NCBI GenBank assembly: GCA_024626585.2
Contig: JANKJI020000002.1
Coordinates: forward strand, 168,520,185 to 168,535,701
DNA length: 15,517 nucleotides
DNA from: Ginkgo biloba
Lineage: Eukaryota; Plantae; Ginkgophyta
Direction: 5' to 3'
Shown: piece after piece, positions 1 to 9,400 of the stretch
How positions within the stretch are numbered: the stretch's first letter is position 1
Layout: each line of letters begins with the position of its first letter
Made by a program: the position numbers and the translations under genes
Notes under the pieces: model-generated
Told to the model about the DNA's origin: nothing
Seen by the model: the letters and a program-made list of their open reading frames with translations, nothing else
The model's database searches: none

Positions 1-404
1 AAGCTAACTAGTGGTTCCTAATTTCACTTAGGTTAGTAATGGCTTGACATAATAACCTTCTTCCAAACTAGAAACTTCATGCAAATTCCTTGAGATCCTT
101 TCAGTGGGATGACTCTAGCAAAACACACTTCCTTTCCACACTGTTGACCTTGTGGGAACAGACATTAAGACCACTGCTCATGAAATTCATAGTAGGAGTG
201 CCAGAAACACCAGGACCAATATTCAGATGAGTTCACTGAAATAAGCTTCCTTCTGACATTAATATTCTTTGTAATCTCAATTCTAGATTCTCAAAGTATG
301 TAAATCTGGAAAAGGACAAAAGATCTGCGTGGTATCAATGTCTGTTAATACAATTTATCTGCAAGGACTATTTAGTTTAGAAAAATGAACCATTTTTTCA
401 ACAG

Positions 405-475
405 GGAATCAATAGAGTTAGACTTGAACAAATGGAGGCTCGCTTAAAAGAAGACATACTGCGAGAATCTGCATG
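405..475 (+). CDS. PALD1: Paladin-like exon, module 1: GINRVRLEQMEARLKEDILRESA(C)
   Basis: Acceptor ttttttcaacag at 404; donor gtaag at 476; ends in phase 2 (TG|T = Cys). Confidence 0.9.
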
Positions 476-3400
476 GTAAGATCGTCTTTACAATGCAATG
501 TACTGGATCCCTTGTTATGTTAATATTGCCTGTTTTTGTCAGCCTTGTTTCTACAATCCTTCTTATGAAGTTATGCTGGAAATTAGCCTTTGAGAGATCC
601 CACTTTGTTTCTTGTATGACAGTTATGCAAACAAGATTCTTGTCACTGATGAATTGCCAGATGGTCAAATGGTAGATGAGTGGGAAGAAATCAGTCAACA
701 TTCTGTGAAGACACCATTGGAGGTACATCTGAGGTTCACCTTTCATTTGTTGAGTAGCACACATAAACCTGGTGCAATTTCATGTGGATTTCACTACCTA
801 TTCTGATCTTATGCAGTTCTTCTGCAGGTTTATGAAGAGTTGCAAGCTGAAGGTTACCTTGTTGACTATGAGCGTGTGCCTATTACAGATGAGAAATCAC
901 CAGAAGAACAAGACTTTGACTTGCTGGTATTCAAATATGTCCTCATTGTTATTCAGTTGGTCCTGTGTTTTATAAGATAATACAGGACTTAGCTATTATT
1001 CCTCTGGGACGGTTGGCTTATATGGTGATTGTGAAGAGTAACAAATGGCTAAATCCATACCACTAGTGAATGGCTGACAATCTTTGTCAGTGACAAAAAA
1101 CAATTTGTCATAGTAAACTAAACTATGTAGTCCAATCTATTTGAACTGTTTTTATGATGAAGAAAATTCTTATGGCATAAATGGACAGTAACTTCCATCT
1201 GAAAGTTTACCTCTTCGGTGTAGTCATGGATTATTGAACATAATCAGCTGTTACAATCATCCAATAAACTTTATAGTTTATATTGGACTCCAAGAATAAC
1301 TGAATTTTCTGCAAATCATTTCCTTATAGTTTCAAATCTTCCAGGTGCAAAGGATTTCACGAGCACCTGTCAAGACAGAGACAATTTTCAATTGTCAAAT
1401 GGGCCGAGGGCGGACAACTACTGGCATGGTCATAGCAACGTTGGTCTACCTTAACCGCATTGGAAAATTAGGTATTTGAAGGATAAACTCAACTGGTAGG
1501 GTATTGGACTTTGGAGTAGATGTTATTGATGACATTCCAGATTCTGAAGAGACAATGCGAAGAGGTGAATATACAGTGATACGAAGCTTGATTAGAGTAT
1601 TAGAGGTATGTTTTGGGTATGAGTTGTTTAAGTTAGACAATTGTATCAGTTATTGTTTCATTTCAAATCAATAACTCATAGAAAATATTTTATAGGGTGG
1701 GGTTGAAGGAAAAAGACAAGTTGATGAAGTCATAGATAAATGTTCTGCAATGCAGGTATGTTAGATTTGTAGCTTATCCTATTAGTTGGTTATGATATAT
1801 GACCTAAAATTTTCTCCCAATCTTAGAGATGTAAGAAATCACACATGCCCTTTCCAAATGAGTCCATAGGGAATTTGTACTAATATGAAATACATTTTTG
1901 TTTTATAAAGGCACATACTAATACACAGGCACTCTTTTGAATATTTAGAAATAAGTGTTTATTGATTTTTGGCACAGAATTTGCGAGAAGCTATTGTTGT
2001 ATATCGAAATAATGTCTATCACCACGCAGATGAAAATAAGAGGGAGGTTGCCCTTACCAATTTTGTTCAGTACCTAGAACGCTACTACTTCCTTATATGC
2101 TTTGCAGTGTACATCAATACAGATCAAAGGGCTCTAAGTCCCTATTCATCTCAGCAAAGCAGTTTTGTAGAGTGGATGAGATCAAGGCCTGAGCTTTATA
2201 GTATCTTGAGAAGGTATATCTAGTTGAACACATACATTGTATTTTCATGGTATGATTCAAATCATTTATGAGTTAAATTCAGTTGTTTGACATCCAAAAG
2301 TCTTGCTTGTTGAACACCCTGAGAAAACTATTACTTTATACATGCAAGCCAATGTACTAGCAAACAATAATCGTAATTGTGGTTATAATGAAGATGTATA
2401 CATCATAATCTCTATGACATTATCAATTCCATACTACTACTAGGTCCAATGGTTCATGGTCTTTAAGTTGGGGAAAATGTTATAGACCATCTTGGGTTGA
2501 ATTAACAAATCCATGGTTGATGGGTCAATTAACCTTCAACTAGGGGTTGATCTATCATTTTTTAAACTTTAAGACAAATTGACCCATACAAGGCATTCAT
2601 TGGTGTCTTCTACTCCATCTTGATTATCCATGGTGTGAGGTTCACAATACACTTTGAAACCCGTGGTTGTGGGCATTGACGAATTCTCATATGAGGAATT
2701 TGTGACTATCTGATGATTGGTTACTTGTTAGGTAGTTTTTACTTTGCAATTATGATGATCTCATGTAGTTTGACTCTTGATTGACTCAAAAAAGGATGAC
2801 TCGTAGGAAACTACATTAGGGCCTTGGTTAAGTCATAAATCACTATTGGAATGAACTTTACGGGTAATTATGATATACACATTCCATATTGCCTCATTAT
2901 CAATTTGGAGAAAAATTATACCTCTCTTCTTTATTGTCTATAAGAGGCATCATTGTCCTTGGAAGAAGAGGATTCTATTATCAAATTTAATGAAAGATTT
3001 TCAACTGGGGTGTGCATCTAGAAATAGGGTTGTTATGGTGTTTTTTAGTATACTCCATGTGTCATGTATCATGGTTTTGTCCCATGTTAGGGTATGAAAG
3101 TATACATGTGTTAGATGTTTGAAATTTGATGATACAACCATATATGTGAACCTATATGACCCCTTAAGGGTGGTTGTTTGGAAATTTCTAGAGCTAAAAT
3201 TGCTTAAAATTAGTTGATGTAGTGAACCTTGAGGGTTCTATTACTTAGATTCCATGATATGATACCAAATACCATGATATTTATAGAATACACATAAGAT
3301 AATCCTACATGAAATAGTGAAACACCCTGCATGATTCCATGATATAATACCAAATACCATGACAATTATAGAATACACATAAGATAATCCACCATGCAAT

Positions 3401-6400
3401 ATTAAAACACCATGCACCAAAGTATATCAAATTCTTGAAGATGAAAAGGTCACAAAGGTTGCCTTGAGAGATCACCTATGGGCCCTCTCAAAGAATTGAG
3501 CAATGAATCTGTAAAGATTCAAGTACATAATGATGATTACATATGAGATATGAGTGCCCTCATATACTCAAAATAGGGCGTCACCTAATCTAACCCTATC
3601 TAACATTTAACCTAACCCTAACATGGTGTCTTAAAACACCCTCCTAGAACCCTAGTATGGTTACCCTTATAATATTGGGTTAACAGTTTACATTTATTTA
3701 TTCCCACATAATCAACCATCATTATATATAATAATTCTAGTAGTACTTGAATGGTCCTTTTGGGTTGAAACTAAAATGTACAACCTCCCTATCACCCATA
3801 CTTTGCCCCCATACAAATTCACATGGAATGGCACCAACAATATCTCTAGCCAGCCTCTTCTTGGCCTCTAACATGTTAAAAATAAACAACAAATTGATAC
3901 ATCCTCTACTTATATTGATACGGACAAGTTAGGTGGATCCTAGGCTAACCTCCTTCAAGTGGAGCTAACCTAATCTGGTTCCTCCAGAATGGTAAGCTTT
4001 AAACCAAAGGAACCAATCAAGAAGAGAGAGAAAAAGAGACATAGCAACAAATCACCAGAATGTTTCTTCTCATTGTAATGAAATAATGCAAAATATTTAT
4101 AGTACAAACTACTAAAGTCTACTAACTGAACGTACATAACCTACTAACTGNNNNNNNNNNNNNNNNNNNNNNNNNNNNNNNNNNNNNNNNNNNNNNNNNN
4201 NNNNNNNNNNNNNNNNNNNNNNNNNNNNNNNNNNNNNNNNNNNNNNNNNNACTTTTGCCATGCGCTGAACAAAACTGGCAACCCTCGTCAAGTTGTCTAC
4301 TATTTTGTGCATTTACCATGTTTGCACTTATGAGCCAAAGTCATAGTTGAAATAGTTCAGGAATGCATCAATGGTCATGTTTTTTCTTGCAAATCTATTG
4401 ACAACCAAAACCATCAAACAGTATAGATCTAATATCACTGTAACCACAGCCACTTTTCCCCAAGATTGCATCATACTGATCCATCTTCATAATGCCAAAG
4501 TCTAGGTGTCCGTTACTCTTGTATAGTGATGGGAATTTTGGGAGCTAACTCTTGCCATGCTTGGGTCTCCTTCCCATCAGCCAACTCCACCTCATAGGCA
4601 TAAGGGGCTACCTTTGTTCTCAAATTCACTTTTTTGGCATAGTCTTCAAATACAAAGCTATGTATGTAACCATTAGCAACAAGAACAATGGCATCATGTC
4701 CAATTATGTTATATTTAATCACAAACAATTCAACATCATTAAAATTTTCAAATGGCCTCTAACTTACTCTTTGATGAAGTGTTTTCCAGGACTGATTCTG
4801 CTTGCACACCATTACGACCACTTTCTGGTGTTGGTTTACGTTATTGCTTTGTCGTAGGCAGGGAGATGATTNNNNNNNNNNNNNNNNNNNNNNNNCTTCA
4901 TAGGTTGCTTTTTCTCTCATTTGGGTTGAGACAATTTGTCTTCCCCCACCTTCTCCTTGCCCTTATCCTGAAATGATTGCTTAGAGAGAAACTTTTTCTG
5001 ACCAAAGGGTTTTTTACTTGACTTGAATAATGAATTCTTCAAAGAAGAAGACTCCTTTAGCTGAAAGAGCTTCTTGAATGGCTCAGCCTAAATAAATTTG
5101 GCAGCTTCCACTTGCAAGGCACCATTTACTGCTTCTTCCATGTTTTGAGGTCTTGTTGCTATTAAGCTTTGATGGACGTGATGCTTCAAACCACGAATAA
5201 AGTGGTACACCCTATACATCATGGGTAGATTGAATGGTCATGCGAACAAAGCATCCAACTAGTTGTTATATTCTTGCATTGTGCTTGTTTACTTCTAGAC
5301 AAACAACTGACTGTAGGCCTCCCACATGTAATTTTGCAATACATACTTCTTCAACATTACCTCCATTTCAGGCCATGTAGTAATTCAATGCCTCATGCCA
5401 TCCTCAAACTCAGTTTGCAGACCATTCCACCGCTCCTTGGCGAGTCCTTCAATGATCTAAATTTATGTANNNNNNNNNNNNNNNNNNNNNNNNNNNNNNN
5501 NNNNNNNNNNNNNNNNNNNNNNNNNNNNNNNNNNNNNNNNNNNNNNNNNNNNNNNNNNNNNNNNNNNNNCACCCGCGGGCCCCTTCAGCTCCTCCCCTCC
5601 TTCCCTGAACTCTCCCCTGCCCCCCTCGGGGGCTCCTCCTCCCGCGCAGGCCACAGTGCCTGCGCGGGCTCCACTCAGTACCCTCACAGGGCCCACACAG
5701 GTCTCTGTGACCCCGCGCGGGCTTCCCCCAGCTACACCAGCACGCCCTCCTCTCCCTGCACCAAAACTCCCTCCTCTCCCCGCACCAGATCGCCCTTGCT
5801 CCATGACTCCTGGAACCTCCCAAAGTTTGTTCGCCTTTTTCTCTTGTTGCTAAATCACCGGAGAACTTCTTGCCAAAAGAAGGATTTCTTGGATGATCGT
5901 TGCTCCTTTTATTGGAATGGCTTCTTAGTGGGCTCAACTTGGATAAACTAGGCAGTTTCGACCTGCAAAGAAACATTCACTACTACTTCCAAGGTTTGTG
6001 GCCTAGTCACCACTATACTTTATTGAATATGAGGTTTCAAACCATAAACAAATTGGTCGAACTTGAACACAATGGGCAATAATTACGGTCTAGAAAACAA
6101 AGCATCTAGCTTATTACTAAACTCTTGAATAGTACCTATTTTCTTTATCACCAACAATTGACTATGAGCCTCCTAGACATCATTTTGTGGTGCATACTTC
6201 TTGAACATTGCTTCTTTCATCTCACCCCATGTATTAATGCTTTTCCTCTTTCCATCCTCAACTTCTATTAACATTCCATTCCACCATTCATGAGAAGGTC
6301 CTTTGAGGGAACAAGTCACTATTGTAAACTTACGCACCTTGATGATCTCAAAGGAAGTGAAGGATGTCTCAAATGATTGCAGCTATGCCTAGAATTATGA

Positions 6401-9400
6401 TCTCGTGGCCTATCCATCAAAATATGATATTTGCATGTTCTGGCTAAATATTATACATTTCTTGATACTAGTAAATTGTATACTACTAGTATACATTTCC
6501 TGATACTAGTAAATGTATACTACTAGTATACATTTCCTGATACTAGTAAGCATGCCAAGTATAGGTTTGTTTCTACCTCTCTTCGGTGTTAAGATAACCC
6601 TAAAGAGATAGGGTATCTACCCCCTACTAACACTATACTGTAGACCTTGTAGCTACAACAAAAGGCTGTAGACCAATATACAAGAGGTTCAACATGGACA
6701 AGTGTCTATCCCTCCTAAGGTATACACAAACCTTACTGTCAGTAGCCCTAAAAATGTGCATACAATGGAGCGAATAAAGCCTCGTATAGAGGTACCTTAG
6801 GTCAAGGTACTTGATTCCCCAACAGGTCTCCAATTAAAGCCATTAGTTTCCTAGACTAAGTCGCTATGGTTTTTAGCAGTGCAAGGAAGGCTAATTTGAA
6901 AAACTATTGAACATAAATGCATTAGGAAATAATTATATGTAATAGAACCATTTACAACCATAAATGCCATTAATGAGCCCTCTAACCAAAGGTGCCCTAC
7001 TCTGAAGAATAGAATTACCCAAAGCTAGGTTTCAAAATCATTACTTATGCATGCATAAAACAAACAATACAATTCTATGTAAAACCACAAAAAATACATT
7101 GATTTATGGTAGCTAGAAAATAGCTGCAGAGTTAGGGTTGCAGAATATTCACAACATTAGGCACTTNNNNNNNNNNNNNNNNNNNNNNNNNNNNNNNNNN
7201 NNNNNNNNNNNNNNNNNNNNNNNNNNNNNNNNNNNNNNNNNNNNNNNNNNNNNNNNNNNNNNNNNNCTTCTTGAAGGAAGACCACATCTGGCCTTACTCG
7301 CTGCAACACACTACGCACAACCTATTTACGACTAGGGATCGTCATACCTCTTACATTCCAAGATAGCAAGGACAGTTTCATTCCGATGGAAGGTGTAACC
7401 CCAAGGCACTGTATCTGTTATCCTGCTCCAATCCTTCAAGGATTGAGGTACGGCGGTCAGGTGACTGAATCATGGCCTCCTTATAAGATTTCACTCTCGG
7501 TCTAGGGCTGAACTCTTCCACTGCTTTTTCTGTGCGTACCGGGGAAGCGATTTTTCTCTTATTCGATTTTACTTGCCATCCCGACTCAATCTCCATGCTA
7601 CTCGGTCCCTTTTGATTTGAAGGAGCTGCAAAATGAGCATGATTCCCTACTGATGAGGAGTTGTTCTTCTTGGATTGGGCAATGGAAGCACTGAGACTCT
7701 TGCCATCGAGTCTGCCTGCCCCTCCTGGAGGTGTCACGTCCCTCCCTGAGCTCCTGGCTACCGTTGGTGCCATTACTTCTCCTCCTTGACTTGAGGCTAC
7801 TGAAGTGCCACCTGTCCCAACTCCTTGATTTTTTCCTTCATCCTCACCTGGCTTGGGATTCCTAAAAGGGCAATCGCTGATTAAATGATCTTGTGCTTGG
7901 CAGGCAAAGCAAGCGTTAGGCAGATTCAGATATCGTACTCTTTGCTCCCTAATTCCTTCCAAAGTGCAGACTGAGATGAACTTAGGCAGTCTTGGATTAG
8001 CACGGAAGGTATCTGGAATAAGCACCTTGCCTGTAAGGGTGGAAACTCCAACCAAAGAGGGTAGTGGGCCTGTCCATGGTCCTCTGGGTTGAAATCAACT
8101 CTCCAGGACTGAACATAAGCAAGGGAACCTGCTATATTCCAAGTTCCATATTGCAAGACATGAATGCAAAAAACACCGTAGATGNNNNNNNNNNNNNNNN
8201 NNNNNNNNNNNNNNNNNNNNNNNNNNNNNNNNNNNNNNNNNNNNNNNNNNNNNNNACCGATGGTGTTTGATGAACTGGGAAGCCAAGGTATTTCTCTGAA
8301 TTCTTATTGGGTTTAGGTGTGCCCCATAATTACAATAGTATGTTAACAAAACTGTTGTTAAAGTCAACAAACAACTGGCTGTGCTTGGGCGAATGGCTGT
8401 CTGTGTCTGGGCGAACAGTTGTCTTTGTCAGCAAACAACTATCTTGAAGGTTGGCAAACGACCTTCCTAAGCGACGAATGATTGACTAATTTCCCGGTGT
8501 ACGACTCATGAAAATTAGTGAATGACTGACTATCAAACTAAGTTTTTCTCAGGAATAGCAAATGACTGTAGTGAGCGGTGAACGAATCACTTCCTGTTGT
8601 CAACATCTCGCTCGTGACAAAACTTGAATGTCCCCATTCAATGAAAATTTTGACCACAATTGAGTTGCCTTCTGCCCCCTCAAAAATTTGACTCCTCACT
8701 TTTCTTTGCTGGATGTTTGAAGCGTGGAATGGGGATGTTGTTGTCGCGTAACCGTTGCTCCAAGTGTTCCACCTATTGCTCAGCAAAGTACAGATCGTGT
8801 TGCTCTGCCTTCAACACTTCTTCTACTTTCATCAAATTTTCTATCACCTGTTCTAGCTTTATTTCAGGTTTTTGAGCTTCCTTTCGTTCGATCGCTATTT
8901 TGATGATATGCGCTCCCAGTTTACATAATTTAACGCACATCTCCTNNNNNNNNNNNNNNNNNNNNNNNNNNNNNNNNNNNNNNNNNNNNNNNNNNNNNNN
9001 NNNNNNNNNNNNNNNNNNNNNNNNNNNNNNNNNNNNNNNNNNNNNATATCCTAAGTCTGAGTAGGTACAAAACTTCCCATCCACATTGCAAAATACATAA
9101 TCTATTCTGGAATGCATCCCATGCCAAAAGGACTTTGTATTTCTATACTACATATGATATGCAATATGTAGTATACAAACTATATAAGAATCTTCAGTCA
9201 ACAGCTGCATCACATGAAATGGGGTAATGCCAAAAGTTTTTTGATACAATTATTTTAAAAAACAAAACAAGTGCATATTTAGTGCTGGAACTACAGAAAA
9301 AGCAGGGATGTGAGGATCATATATATTGTCTATGTTGACTACTCTGGAGTTTCTCAAAGATTTATTTCAGATGTTTTAACTTGTTTTCTCATTTGAAATC

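Noticed and set aside
50-90. PSSKLET resembling the preceding paladin exon end (PFSNLEYT)
   Set aside because: Short weak match with no donor site or supporting upstream motifs.
1477-1479. TGA as selenocysteine, programmed readthrough, or a U-to-C edited codon
   Set aside because: Land plants lack Sec machinery, plant U-to-C editing is organellar, and the position is a variable linker rather than a catalytic Cys.
444-1640. Minus-strand or alternate-frame ORFs 444..764, 493..675, 772..975, 1446..1640 (similarly 9740..9987, 11559..11762, 11970..12188)
   Set aside because: Shadows of paladin exons with no independent motifs.
2520-2587. 11-bp inverted repeat atgggtcaatt / aattgacccat as a MITE
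   Set aside because: Too short and no clear target-site duplication.
5274-5976. Long ORFs 5274..5951, 5449..5976, 5463..5804
   Set aside because: They span an N-gap and GC-rich low-complexity sequence; artefactual.
6452-6549. CRISPR-like repeat array
   Set aside because: Direct tandem units without unique spacers, eukaryotic context, no cas genes.
6550-7166. LTR, PBS or PPT boundaries for the gypsy fragments (also 14800-15517)
   Set aside because: No paired LTRs, canonical PBS or target-site duplication could be identified by eye.
8375-8465. Degenerate ~22-bp repeats (gggcgaa...tgtct)
   Set aside because: Few, highly diverged units next to TE fragments; no function assignable.
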